From assembly GCA_046350165.1 (NCBI GenBank), contig JAXMAY010000013.1:69190-133189 (forward strand): DNA of 64,000 nt, in the 5' to 3' direction. Within the stretch, counting starts at the first letter, position 1, and each line of letters starts with the position of its first letter. The position numbers were made by a program, and so were the translations under genes. The notes beneath the pieces are model-generated. The model saw only the letters and a list, made by a program, of their open reading frames with translations. It was not told the DNA's origin and did not search any database. This DNA comes from Gemmataceae bacterium. Its GTDB lineage: Bacteria > Planctomycetota > Planctomycetia > Gemmatales > Gemmataceae. This document shows, in pieces, positions 41,961-51,046 of this stretch.

Positions 41961-42215
41961 ATGAAGACCGATCGCCGGGAATGGCCGTATTTTGTACGGC
42001 TGTCTTTATTTGGGGTGCCGTCGCGGCGGGCGGCCTGGTTTTACTTTTGGCTCTGTGTCGGAATTGCGGTGATCGGCACCGCCGTTGGGGTATTTGGAAT
42101 GCTGTTTGGCGTGCCACGCTTGTCGATTTTTACCATCTCCAGCATCGCGACGTTGGGAGCGTATCCCTATTACTATTCGATTCGCTGGGTCGACCTGAAC
42201 AGTACGTGGAATTAA
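41961..42215 (+). CDS. small hypothetical membrane protein (84 aa, two TM helices)
   Basis: The ORF has the hydrophobic segments AWFYFWLCVGIAVIGTAVGVFGMLF and IFTISSIATLGAYPYYY. It is isolated in an intergenic region and has no known homolog, so it is weakly supported. Confidence 0.2.
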   Translation: MKTDRREWPYFVRLSLFGVPSRRAAWFYFWLCVGIAVIGTAVGVFGMLFGVPRLSIFTISSIATLGAYPYYYSIRWVDLNSTWN

Positions 42216-42404
42216 CAACGCAGAGTCGCCATTCACGCGGGATCTCGACTGCTGGACAATTTTGAGAAGGCAATCCTGTCAAATGTGTTTTGTCTTCATG
42301 CTCGTCATTTTTGAGAGATGAATGATGACCACAATTACAGAAATTCAGATGAGTTTCGAAGTCAGAATGTAATCTTAACCGCTTGTGCGACAAGACTTTT
42401 AAAG

Positions 42405-42477
42405 TACCGGGGGCCGGGATTGAACCGGCGACCCATCGCTTATGAAGCGATTGCTCTAACCGCTGAGCTACCCCGGC
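42405..42477 (-). tRNA. tRNA with CAT anticodon (elongator Met or lysidine-type Ile2)
   Basis: The reverse complement reads GCCGGGG TA GCTC AGCGGTTAG GAGC A ATCGC TTCATAA GCGAT GGGTC GCCGG TTCAATC CCGGC CCCCGGT A. The cloverleaf is complete, the anticodon loop is UUCAUAA and CCA is not encoded. The 1:72 pair is G-U as sequenced. Confidence 0.8.
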
Positions 42478-42520
42478 GAGGTACAAAAATAATACGTGAA
42501 ACCGGGCGACCGACAAGACA

Positions 42521-44572
42521 TCATGCTGCGGCTCGTCGCGGGGTTTCATTTCCCCACCCGGACAACTGGGCGTCCGTCAGCCGGCGATAGACGTCGCTCG
42601 ACGTGATCAACTGGTCGTGCGTACCGGTGGCGACGATTCTGCCGGCATCCATCACCACGATCCGATCCGCCAGTTCCAGCGTCGAAAAACGGTGCGAAAT
42701 CATGAAGGTCGTCCGCCCTTTGACGAAATGCCGCAGGGCTGTGTGAATCTTCGATTCGCTTTCCGCGTCGATGGCACTCGTGAATTCGTCCAATAAGAGG
42801 ATCGCCGGGTCGCGAAGGATCGCGCGGGCGAGGGCAATTCGCTGTTTTTGTCCACCGGAAAGGTTGTTGCCGCGTTCGCCGACGGGCGAATCGTACCCGT
42901 TCGGGATCTCCGCGATGAATTCGTGAGCAAACGCCTTGCGGGCGGCGGCCTCGACCTGTTCTCGCGTCGCTCCCGGGTGTCCGTACGCGATATTGTTGTG
43001 AATCGTGTCGTCAAACAGGACGGTGTCCTGTGTCACAATGCCGATCTGGCGGCGCAGGCTGCGGAGGTTGGCACTTCGTAATGTCACACCGTCAATTGAG
43101 ACGGAGCCGAAATCGGGATCGTAAAAGCGAGTCAGCAGGGAAAGCAGTGTCGATTTGCCGCAACCGTTCGAGCCAACAATGGCGATCGTCTCGCCGGCTT
43201 TGACGGTCAGGTCCACGTCCGTCAGCGTTTCCCGGCCTGGAATGTACGAAAAACAAACGTGCTTGAATTCGATCGACTTCGCATGCCGCGGGACGACCGG
43301 CCCTTCCGCGTTCGGCAATACCGTCGGCACTTTGTCGTAAAACGCATAAATTCGATCGGCGGCGATGGCCCCGGTCTGGATCTTGGAATAGACGCTGCTC
43401 AACTTTCGCACGGGATCGGCGATGGCGGCCAGGAGCATGTAAAGGGCCAGCAGGGCTTCAAAGCTCATCTTCTGATCGAGCATGGTGAAGCCGAAGAGTT
43501 CGGTTTTTTGCTTGATGACGAGATAGGCCCCGGCGGAAAGGGCCAATCCCACCGCGGCGATGCCGAGCAATTCAACGGTGGGGCCGGCGGCGGCATCGAG
43601 ACGAATCACCCGCATCGATTTCTGCAGGTAATCCTCGGTAGCCCGGCGGAAGCGCCTGCGCTCGTGGGCTTCCTGAGTAAAGGCTTTGACGACGCGAACG
43701 CCATCCAGCACGTCCTTGAGCGTGCGAACGATGTCGGACATCCGCTCGAGGACTCGCTTGGCGGCCCGCTTCATTTTCTTGGTCACATATGTCAGCGTGA
43801 CGAGAGCCACGGGGACGATGACCGCGAACATCAGCGTGAGTTGCCAGCTGATCATCAGCGAGAACCAAACGCAGCAAATGATCTTGGCCGGTTCGAGGAT
43901 GACTCGGCCGTAGAGCATCTTCATGCCCACGCCGATCTGTTCGGTATCGTTCGTGAAACGCGTCAGCAGTTCAGCGGTGCCGTGATCGGAAAGCTGCTTC
44001 AAATCCTGATGGATGGTCGAGCGGAAAAACCGGTTACGCAGATCGAAGAGGGTTCGGCAGACGACCGAACCAACCAGCGATTCCTGCCAGAATTCGAAGA
44101 GCCCCTTCACCGCGACGCTGATGATCACGGCCACGATGATCCAGCAGAAGGTGAGAAAGTTGTCCGTCGGCATCAGAACGATGATGTTCGTTTTGATCCA
44201 CTGGTACTTGTAAAGCTGGGAGTTCAGACTGCTTTGTTCGTGGAGAAGTTTGTAACGTTCCGAGGTCAGCTTGCGGTCTTCGACGTTGCGTTCCTGATTG
44301 GGCGGAAGGGCCTTGTTCGCGTCGATTTTCTTGTCGAGGCTGGTCAACAACTCTTCATACGGCTTGGTGCGCAAGCTCGTTTCGAGCGTGTTGATTTCCT
44401 TGTCGACCCAGGTTTGAAGATTATCACCGGTGCTGAAGATCTTCATGACCGGGTAAACGGCCGACAGGTTCAAACTCCACGTCAGCGAGACGGCTAAAGC
44501 ACAAAACACCGAGAGGATGAGTTGAGATCGGTAAGCCCATGAGAGTTTCAGGATGCGATTGAAATTCTTCAT
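42521..44572 (-). CDS. ABC exporter, fused permease-ATPase (MsbA/lipid A exporter-like) with an extra ~100-aa loop after TM1
   Basis: The protein is 683 aa. The NBD carries GSNGCGKSTLLSLL (Walker A), LSGGQKQRIALARAIL (signature), ILLLDEFTSAIDAESE (Walker B) and MISHRFST (H-loop). Six TM segments are present, with a hydrophilic coiled-coil-like insert STGDNLQTWVDKEINTLETSLRTKPYEELLTSLDKKIDANKALPPNQERNVEDRKLTSERYKLLHEQSSL between TM1 and TM2. Confidence 0.85.
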   Translation of the reverse strand: MKNFNRILKLSWAYRSQLILSVFCALAVSLTWSLNLSAVYPVMKIFSTGDNLQTWVDKEINTLETSLRTKPYEELLTSLDKKIDANKALPPNQERNVEDRKLTSERYKLLHEQSSLNSQLYKYQWIKTNIIVLMPTDNFLTFCWIIVAVIISVAVKGLFEFWQESLVGSVVCRTLFDLRNRFFRSTIHQDLKQLSDHGTAELLTRFTNDTEQIGVGMKMLYGRVILEPAKIICCVWFSLMISWQLTLMFAVIVPVALVTLTYVTKKMKRAAKRVLERMSDIVRTLKDVLDGVRVVKAFTQEAHERRRFRRATEDYLQKSMRVIRLDAAAGPTVELLGIAAVGLALSAGAYLVIKQKTELFGFTMLDQKMSFEALLALYMLLAAIADPVRKLSSVYSKIQTGAIAADRIYAFYDKVPTVLPNAEGPVVPRHAKSIEFKHVCFSYIPGRETLTDVDLTVKAGETIAIVGSNGCGKSTLLSLLTRFYDPDFGSVSIDGVTLRSANLRSLRRQIGIVTQDTVLFDDTIHNNIAYGHPGATREQVEAAARKAFAHEFIAEIPNGYDSPVGERGNNLSGGQKQRIALARAILRDPAILLLDEFTSAIDAESESKIHTALRHFVKGRTTFMISHRFSTLELADRIVVMDAGRIVATGTHDQLITSSDVYRRLTDAQLSGWGNETPRRAAA

Positions 44573-44757
44573 TTCGACTCCAACGACGCAACGTATTCCC
44601 GAATCGAGGCTTATACTCTCTCAGAATCGAAGAAGGCAAGGCGGATTGGACGGGGCCGGACAATGAGCCTCCGTCATGCGAACATTCGAAAATTCCAAGC
44701 GGTTTGATAGAGACTCTTGGTTGTGTCCCCCATGCCCGAATACATCAATCACCAGCG

Positions 44758-45789
44758 ATGAATTATTCCCAACTTCAAGCCTGGCTGAAACTTCCACCGG
44801 GGCCGTGGCCGCCCTCGGACCGGGCCTTGCTGGGGTTGCCCGAAAGCGGAGCGGTCGACGCGACCACAGTTGAACTCAAAGCGTTGGAACGCATGGACAT
44901 GCTTCGACCGCATCAGTTGCGGCATGCGTTACTCGTGACAGAAGGGATGAACCGCCTGGCGCAGGCGATGATCGCATTGACGGCCGGGGAACCGCCTCCT
45001 GCTCCCGTTGCTCCCAAAAAACCACGCAAGGAACATCGCGAACACACGCCCCTGGAAATCCGCAAGGCGGATGGCGATGTGAAACTCGATTTGGGATTTG
45101 ATGCCGGGGCATCGCCCGCATCCGCAACCATCTCGCTGCCTGCTTCGGCTCCGATCCTCGAAGCGGAAGTGATTGGCGTGGCGCCCGCCGCGGCCGCGAT
45201 CATTCCCGAATCGATTGCCGTGCAGTCGGATGAGTCCGCGGATTTATTGCTCGATGAACCGATTGTGATTCCAGAACCTCCGCCCGGCGCAGTCATTGCG
45301 CCGTCGAAGCGGCGGCAGGGTTACAAAGAGAAAGTCCGAATTCGGCAACTGCGTCAGGCATGGTCCCGGTTTCGATCATTGCTCGGTGATCCTCGCGAAA
45401 AGTTGACCACACCGGCAAAAATTGCCAGCTATCTCGATGCGATCGCGGAACTGCGAAACGTGCTTGAGAAGAACCGCGATGGCCTGGTTGTCTTTCCGGA
45501 TCTGGCGGGGGGCGTGGTACTGTCGGTGGTATGTCACCCCGTGCCGCTGTCGTTGCTGCGGGATTTGATTTTGTCGCAACGTCGTGCACTGGCACGGGAT
45601 TGGGCCATTGCGGATGCAGATCTCGAAGCCAAGGCGAAACGTTTGTCCCGCGCGATGAAACGAACATCATCCGCGAAGCCCGTCAAACAACTCCTGCGTC
45701 AGGTCATGAATATCTTTCGGATGAACCCCGAGTGGATCATCCTGCTTCTCATCATGATCGCGATCGTGATCGGTTTTTGGCGGACCTAA
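44758..45789 (+). CDS. hypothetical protein with Pro/Ala-rich middle region and a C-terminal TM anchor
   Basis: The ORF is open from 44704, with a plausible Met at 44758 (MNYSQLQAWLKLPPGPWPP...). It ends ...MNPEWIILLLIMIAIVIGFWRT. No motif is recognised. Confidence 0.4.
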   Translation: MNYSQLQAWLKLPPGPWPPSDRALLGLPESGAVDATTVELKALERMDMLRPHQLRHALLVTEGMNRLAQAMIALTAGEPPPAPVAPKKPRKEHREHTPLEIRKADGDVKLDLGFDAGASPASATISLPASAPILEAEVIGVAPAAAAIIPESIAVQSDESADLLLDEPIVIPEPPPGAVIAPSKRRQGYKEKVRIRQLRQAWSRFRSLLGDPREKLTTPAKIASYLDAIAELRNVLEKNRDGLVVFPDLAGGVVLSVVCHPVPLSLLRDLILSQRRALARDWAIADADLEAKAKRLSRAMKRTSSAKPVKQLLRQVMNIFRMNPEWIILLLIMIAIVIGFWRT

Positions 45790-45899
45790 CGTAAGTCCTT
45801 GACCATCACCGGACAGTTCTTGACACTAACCGTTGATACGCATAGACTTGAGGGGACAATTGGGCTTGCCGTCCCACTGTCTGTTTCGGGGACTTTGCC

Positions 45900-46304
45900 G
45901 TGACCAAGAAAGAAATCGTTAAGCAGATCTCGGACGAGACGGGACTGACTCAACTCGAAGTCAAAAACGTTGTTCAGATGACGTTCGATTCGATCATCGA
46001 AACGCTTGCGACGAATGGCCGGATTGAGTTGCGTAAGTTTGGTGTTTTTGAAGTCAAACGACGGAAGGCCCGCCGGGCACGCAATCCGCGGACGAATCAG
46101 CCGGTCGATGTGGAAGCCAAGAATGTCGTGACGTTTCAGCCGGGCAAGGATATGGAAGAAAAGGTCCGCAATACGACGCCGGTCTCCGGGCCGCGTCTGG
46201 TGATCGACGACGAAGACGATGCGGATGAATCAGCGGAACTGACGGTGCCTCAAGAAGTTCCAGCGACGATACCGTTTCCTCAGCCGACCCAGCCCACGCC
46301 GTAA
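45900..46304 (+). CDS. HU/IHF-family DNA-binding protein with a 40-aa acidic/Pro-rich C-terminal tail
   Basis: [83 protein letters not shown] is the HU fold (about 90 aa). It is followed by ...[36 protein letters not shown]. Confidence 0.8.
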   Translation: MTKKEIVKQISDETGLTQLEVKNVVQMTFDSIIETLATNGRIELRKFGVFEVKRRKARRARNPRTNQPVDVEAKNVVTFQPGKDMEEKVRNTTPVSGPRLVIDDEDDADESAELTVPQEVPATIPFPQPTQPTP

Positions 46305-46701
46305 TTCATCGAAAAAGTCGACGCAATTTATTCAAACTTCCCGCTTTCGCACAACGGACATTCGTTGTGCGGCAATGTCCGACCATCAATCGAAGTCTCA
46401 AATTGCAATTAAATCTTGCGACTTTTGATTTTCAAAACCGCCCAAAATGCGGGCCATTTCGCAAAACAGTCAACATCCATGTCTTTAAACATTTTCAATA
46501 CATCGGGTTACGACAAAACACGTTGATTTAAGACTGTTCTAAAAAAATTGATTGCAGCGGATTGTTTTTTTTCAAGGCCTATTACGAATCTGCCGATAAT
46601 TCCAGTACGACGATCGCAAGTCGGTGGCCCGACGTTGGGGGTATGGGCTGCGGTTTACGTTCGTGACGGGATCCAGATGGATCCTCGCAGGGAGGCGGCA
46701 G

Positions 46702-46923
46702 ATGACTAAGCGAATCGCCTTGTTGGCCCTATGCGTCGGCGGACTGGTGAATACCGGCTGCATTATGAATCAATATTCCAGCGACCCGCGGACCCGGGCT
46801 GAACAGCTGATGAACCAATCGGAAGATATGCGTCAAATGGAAGGAACCTGGCGCCGATTCTGGTTCAACGATATGCCCAGCCACCTGTCGCCGGAACGCC
46901 TCGACGGCGGCATCATGAAGTAA
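46702..46923 (+). CDS. small lipoprotein (73 aa)
   Basis: The product begins MTKRIALLALCVGGLVNTGC (lipobox LVNTGC). A Shine-Dalgarno GGGAGG sits 7 nt upstream of ATG 46702, which favours this start over the longer ORF from 46624. Confidence 0.55.
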   Translation: MTKRIALLALCVGGLVNTGCIMNQYSSDPRTRAEQLMNQSEDMRQMEGTWRRFWFNDMPSHLSPERLDGGIMK

Positions 46924-47131
46924 ACCGTTGCAAAACGGAGACCTCCAACGCGACCCGTCCGGAAAAACCGGACGGTTGTTCGCGTTTTCGTGGTTGTCAA
47001 GGTTGTCGCAGTTGTCATTTCATGAGCGAACTGAATTGCTGCCTTGTTCCGAACCGTTTCCCTTCGCAAGTGTCTGTTCTCCGCAGCGCCCCCTTGAAAC
47101 CGGGAACGCTGAACCCATAATTGGACAAAGA

Positions 47132-47213
47132 GCCGGAGTGGCGGAATTGGCAGACGCACCAGATTTAGGTTCTGGCGGTTAACCCCGTGGGGGTTCAAGT
47201 CCCCCCTCTCGCA
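47132..47213 (+). tRNA. tRNA-Leu (anticodon TAG), type II with long variable arm
   Basis: GCCGGAG TG GCGG AATTGGCAGA CGCA CCAGA TTTAGGT TCTGG CGGTTAACCCCGTG GGGGG TTCAAGT CCCCC CTCTCGC A. U33 and G37 are present and the T-loop is TTCAAGT. The acceptor pair 3:70 is C-C as sequenced, possibly a base error. Confidence 0.7.
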
Positions 47214-47245
47214 TTCATGCCTCCATTCGTGTACTAACGTCAGAC

Positions 47246-47980
47246 ATGCCCAAAATCGTACTCGAAGTCGCAATCGAATCGATTGCTGACGCCCAGATTG
47301 CCTTTTCCGGCGGTGCGGACCGACTCGAATTATGCTCCGCTCTCGATTTGGGCGGTCTGACTCCCAGCCTGGGGATGTACGAGGAAATCCGCCTGGTGGT
47401 GCCCATTCCCATCGTGGTGATGATCCGCCCGCGCAGCGGTGATTTCGTTTACGACGAAGATGAAATCGGGGCAATGCGGCGGGACATCGAGCATTTTCTG
47501 CCGTTCAAACCCGATGGATTCGTATTCGGCGTGCTGACGCCGGACGCCACGATTCATGAATCGGCCTGCCGAAAGCTGACCGAGGCGGCCCAGGGCACGC
47601 CGTGCATCTTTCACCGGGCGTTCGACAAAACACGCAACAATCGCCAGGCGCTGGAAGAGTGCGTCTCATTGGGGTTTACCCGCGTGCTATCCAGCGGCCG
47701 GGCCTCGACCGCCCTTTCGGGGTTGACCAACCTTCAGAAACTGCATGGCCTGGCTCAGGGCCGGATCGGCATTCTCCCCTGCGGCAAAGTGCGGGCACTG
47801 AATGTCGGTGAGATTCTCCGCATGGCGGATTTTCCGGAAGTTCACGGCTCTTTTGCCGAGCCGCTGCCCGAACCCACCGACCCCGGCGCCACGGGTTATG
47901 TCCGCCGTTCGCGGACCAGTCGCGATGCCGTTGCCGCATGTCGGGCGGTCCTCGATACAATCGCGTTAGCGAAGGATTAA
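47246..47980 (+). CDS. cutC: copper homeostasis protein CutC
   Basis: MPKIVLEVAIESIADAQIAFSGGADRLELCSALDLGGLTPSLGMYEEI...IFHRAFD...GFTRVLSSG is the CutC TIM-barrel signature. Confidence 0.85.
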   Translation: MPKIVLEVAIESIADAQIAFSGGADRLELCSALDLGGLTPSLGMYEEIRLVVPIPIVVMIRPRSGDFVYDEDEIGAMRRDIEHFLPFKPDGFVFGVLTPDATIHESACRKLTEAAQGTPCIFHRAFDKTRNNRQALEECVSLGFTRVLSSGRASTALSGLTNLQKLHGLAQGRIGILPCGKVRALNVGEILRMADFPEVHGSFAEPLPEPTDPGATGYVRRSRTSRDAVAACRAVLDTIALAKD

Positions 47981-48023
47981 TTGGCTGAATTGTTTCACGG
48001 CGTCCCATGTTTCGAGAAAGTCC

Positions 48024-49337
48024 ATGCCACCCGCCTCATCGCCGTTTTTGATCGCGGCGGAGAAGTGCGGGTTATTTTCACCCGATCGCCTCAGCCAACT
48101 CCTGACGTCAACCGAACCGGCGGATCGTCTCGCCGAGCAGCTGGTCCAATCGGGCGAGTTGACTCAATTTCAGGCGGATAAACTTCGGGCAGGTTTCTGG
48201 CAGGGGCTTTGCCTGGGTTCCTATCGCGTGCTCGTACCAATCGGCCGCGGGGGGATGGGCGTGGTCTATCTCGCGGCCCAGGGCGAAACCAACGCTGGGG
48301 CCCGTTATGCCATAAAAATTCTGCCGCCCCGATTGGCTCGAAATGAACCGCGCAAGCGGGAACGGTTTTATCGGGAAATGCGGATCGGCTCGTCGCTTGC
48401 CGCTCATCGCCATATCACCCGCACGCACGAAGGCGGTGAAATCAACGGCGTGCATTATCTGACGATGGAATACGTGCCGGGGACGACGCTGCGGAAGTAC
48501 GTTCAGGATCATGGGCCCCTCGATGCCGGGTTCGCCACGATGATCGGGGCCGGATTGGCGGATGGCTTGGCCCACCTGCATGCCGCGAAGGTTGTTCATC
48601 GCGATTTCAAGCCATCGAATGTCATGCTGACGCCGGGCCACGATGCCAAAATCCTCGATTTTGGATTCGCAATGGTGCTGGGCGAATCGTTGCCGGCGGA
48701 TCCCCGGATTGTCGGCGGGCAGGGATACGTACTGGGGACGATGGATTACATCGCTCCGGAGCAGATTGAAAATGCCGTCGCCGTCACACCGGCCTCAGAC
48801 CTGTATTCACTCGGCTGCACGCTCTTTTTTGCCCTGACCGGCTCACCCCCCTACCCCGGCGGCGATGCCCAGCAAAAACTCCGCTGGCATCGCACCTCCG
48901 AACCGCCGGACGTGCGGACGATCATGCCCACGGTGCCCGAGGAGCTGGCCCGACTGGTGAGCCAACTCGTACGTCGGGACGCGGACCGTCGGCCGCAATC
49001 GGCAGCCGAAGTTCGCGATCGACTGCGAGCGATTTCGGGGATGGAACGCGAGCCTGTCGAATCGATCGACATCGAACAAGACGTGGAAATCCTGACCCAT
49101 CAAAAAGTGGGTGAAGACGTCATAAATAAACCGATTTTTCTTGATGATGAAGATGACGATGATGAAAGCGACGGGAGCGGAATCATTGACGCGGTGGAAG
49201 AGAAGATCCGTCGTCAGCAGGGATGGACAGACCCCGAAGCGGCCCCGCTTTATTGGTATCTGATCGCGGGGCTGGTGTTTTTGATTGTGTTGTTTCTGTC
49301 CGCACTACTTTTCATCGCGATGCGGAATCCCGCGTGA
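48024..49337 (+). CDS. Ser/Thr protein kinase with C-terminal TM anchor
   Basis: GRGGMGVVYLA...YAIKIL (VAIK-like) ...HRDFKPSNVML (catalytic loop) ...DFGFA...DYIAPEQ (APE), then a D/E-rich linker and a C-terminal TM helix LIAGLVFLIVLFLSALLFIA. Confidence 0.85.
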   Translation: MPPASSPFLIAAEKCGLFSPDRLSQLLTSTEPADRLAEQLVQSGELTQFQADKLRAGFWQGLCLGSYRVLVPIGRGGMGVVYLAAQGETNAGARYAIKILPPRLARNEPRKRERFYREMRIGSSLAAHRHITRTHEGGEINGVHYLTMEYVPGTTLRKYVQDHGPLDAGFATMIGAGLADGLAHLHAAKVVHRDFKPSNVMLTPGHDAKILDFGFAMVLGESLPADPRIVGGQGYVLGTMDYIAPEQIENAVAVTPASDLYSLGCTLFFALTGSPPYPGGDAQQKLRWHRTSEPPDVRTIMPTVPEELARLVSQLVRRDADRRPQSAAEVRDRLRAISGMEREPVESIDIEQDVEILTHQKVGEDVINKPIFLDDEDDDDESDGSGIIDAVEEKIRRQQGWTDPEAAPLYWYLIAGLVFLIVLFLSALLFIAMRNPA

Positions 49338-49380
49338 ACGTTGTCGGCGTCACGCGGTTTTCGCTTACTTTTCCCAGTGA

Positions 49381-50835
49381 TTACACGCAAATATCCGGAT
49401 ACCATTCCGACAGCAACGTTCGTTTTTCCGTCGTGCTGAGCGTGCGAACCACGCTGCCTCGCTCGGCTGCGGAAAGATCGATGTGATCGGGACGGGGCAG
49501 CACTTTGCCGTTCTTATCGGTCAACACGGCGACGACGGGCCGGGCCGTGGCTTTGAGAGCCAGCCGCCCGCCATGATTGGAGACCACCACGCCGACCCGG
49601 CCATCGGTCAATTCCACAACCGTCCCCACCGGGTGGAACGACAGGTGGACGAGGTATTCGGCGAAGTCCTTATCCAAACGGCCTTTTTCCGCTTCGAGCA
49701 GAAGGTCCGTCAGTGCGGTGCGCGGGTCGAAGGCCGGGCGATACGGGCGATCCGAACACATGGCGGCGTATCGGTCGGCGACGGCAAGCAGCTTGGCCAG
49801 CGGAGGAATCGAGGCACTGCGAATGCCGTTCGGATAACCCGTGCCATCCGGCCGTTCGTGGTGGGCCGCGATGGCCTCGGCGACAATGGCGGCTTCCGGC
49901 AGATACGTCCGCACAATTTCCGCCCCGAGTCGCGGGTGAACTTCGATCGTTCGGCGATCGGCGGCATCGAGCGGCGTGGTCGTGGCCAGCACGGCTGCGG
50001 GAACCCGCAGCATGCCCACGTCCATCAATAAGGCCGCGATGACCACGCCGTGCGGATTGCTGGCGAATTCAAAGTCGTGAGGCACGAGCCGAGCGACGAC
50101 GGCCGCCGCGGTCAACGCATGAGCGGCGATGAATCGGGCCGGCGGCGGCACCGCTTCCGAATCGTCCAACCCCTTGGGCGAAAGGGCGGCACAGGTCAGG
50201 AATTTAATCGGCAGAGCCTGACGGGCCTCATCGAGAATCAGTTCGGCGATTTCACCAAACGAATGGATCTGGACGTGTCGGCCGGAGGCCAGGTCCGCCA
50301 GGAGTTTGGCGAGGCGATCGATCCGGGCCACGATCGATTTTTGCATTTGCAGCGCCCGCTGCATGCCGTCGAGCCGTTCGCGGATCACGGTCAGCATGGC
50401 GTCGACGCCTTCGCAGAGCCGCAGTTGCACGTCGGCCGCGTCGGGAAACGCCTGGACGAGGCGAAGGGTCGCATCGGTGAGGGCGACGGTTTTTCGGTGG
50501 AAGGCCGAGAGCGGTTCGCCCGCTTCGTTCGGCGTGGCGAGCAGCGAATCGGCGGAAAGCTGGCGTTGCTTGGCCACGAGCGTGCGGGCGTCTTCCAGCA
50601 GCGTGCGGGCTTTCGTGGTTAATTTCGGCGGCGGGCCTTCCTGAACGGTGACCCCGGCCAGCCGACGCAGTGATGTCGAAAGGCGGTCCGGATCGGAAAT
50701 GATCTGGGCGGCTGAGTCCTGATTTTCCGCAATCAGCGGCGGCGTATGCTCCAGGCGTCGGCGAAAGGCCGTTATTCGGTTGAGAAGCTGTTTGGTGTCA
50801 GTCATTCCTGATCCCCGATATCGCGCAAGAGCCAA
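49381..50835 (-). CDS. HD-GYP domain protein (putative c-di-GMP phosphodiesterase) with N-terminal helical sensor region
   Basis: ...AALLMDVGMLRVP...HPRLGAEIV...IAAHHERPDGTGYPNGI...LLAVADRYAAMCSDRPYR (HD..HHE..GYP motifs). Confidence 0.8.
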   Translation of the reverse strand: MALARYRGSGMTDTKQLLNRITAFRRRLEHTPPLIAENQDSAAQIISDPDRLSTSLRRLAGVTVQEGPPPKLTTKARTLLEDARTLVAKQRQLSADSLLATPNEAGEPLSAFHRKTVALTDATLRLVQAFPDAADVQLRLCEGVDAMLTVIRERLDGMQRALQMQKSIVARIDRLAKLLADLASGRHVQIHSFGEIAELILDEARQALPIKFLTCAALSPKGLDDSEAVPPPARFIAAHALTAAAVVARLVPHDFEFASNPHGVVIAALLMDVGMLRVPAAVLATTTPLDAADRRTIEVHPRLGAEIVRTYLPEAAIVAEAIAAHHERPDGTGYPNGIRSASIPPLAKLLAVADRYAAMCSDRPYRPAFDPRTALTDLLLEAEKGRLDKDFAEYLVHLSFHPVGTVVELTDGRVGVVVSNHGGRLALKATARPVVAVLTDKNGKVLPRPDHIDLSAAERGSVVRTLSTTEKRTLLSEWYPDICV

Positions 50836-51046
50836 TGTCGTTATTGATCGGCGGGATGGGATGTGAAGTTGAGTCGAGTTTGCCGGGAAGTGCGGGGAGA
50901 CCGGGATGAAAACAAAGCGGATGTGAAAATCGACTCAAGGACGAAGACTGGGTCGACTGTGAACCTTCCTAAATTCCCAGGCCCTCTGGCAGGAAATGCC
51001 GGAGGGCCTGGGAAAAAGGATCGTCTCGTAAAGGGGAGCCCGCGGA

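Noticed and set aside
43259-44497. 412-aa plus-strand ORF inside the ABC exporter locus, and 51068-52135 (+, 355 aa) inside galE
   Set aside because: They are antisense to genes with unambiguous Walker/signature motifs (the ABC exporter) and Rossmann motifs (GalE). They are compositional artefacts.
46624-46701. Longer start (46624) for the small lipoprotein
   Set aside because: A GGGAGG Shine-Dalgarno is correctly spaced before ATG 46702, and the lipoprotein signal peptide begins there. The upstream extension (MARRWGYGLRF...) would place 26 non-signal residues before it.
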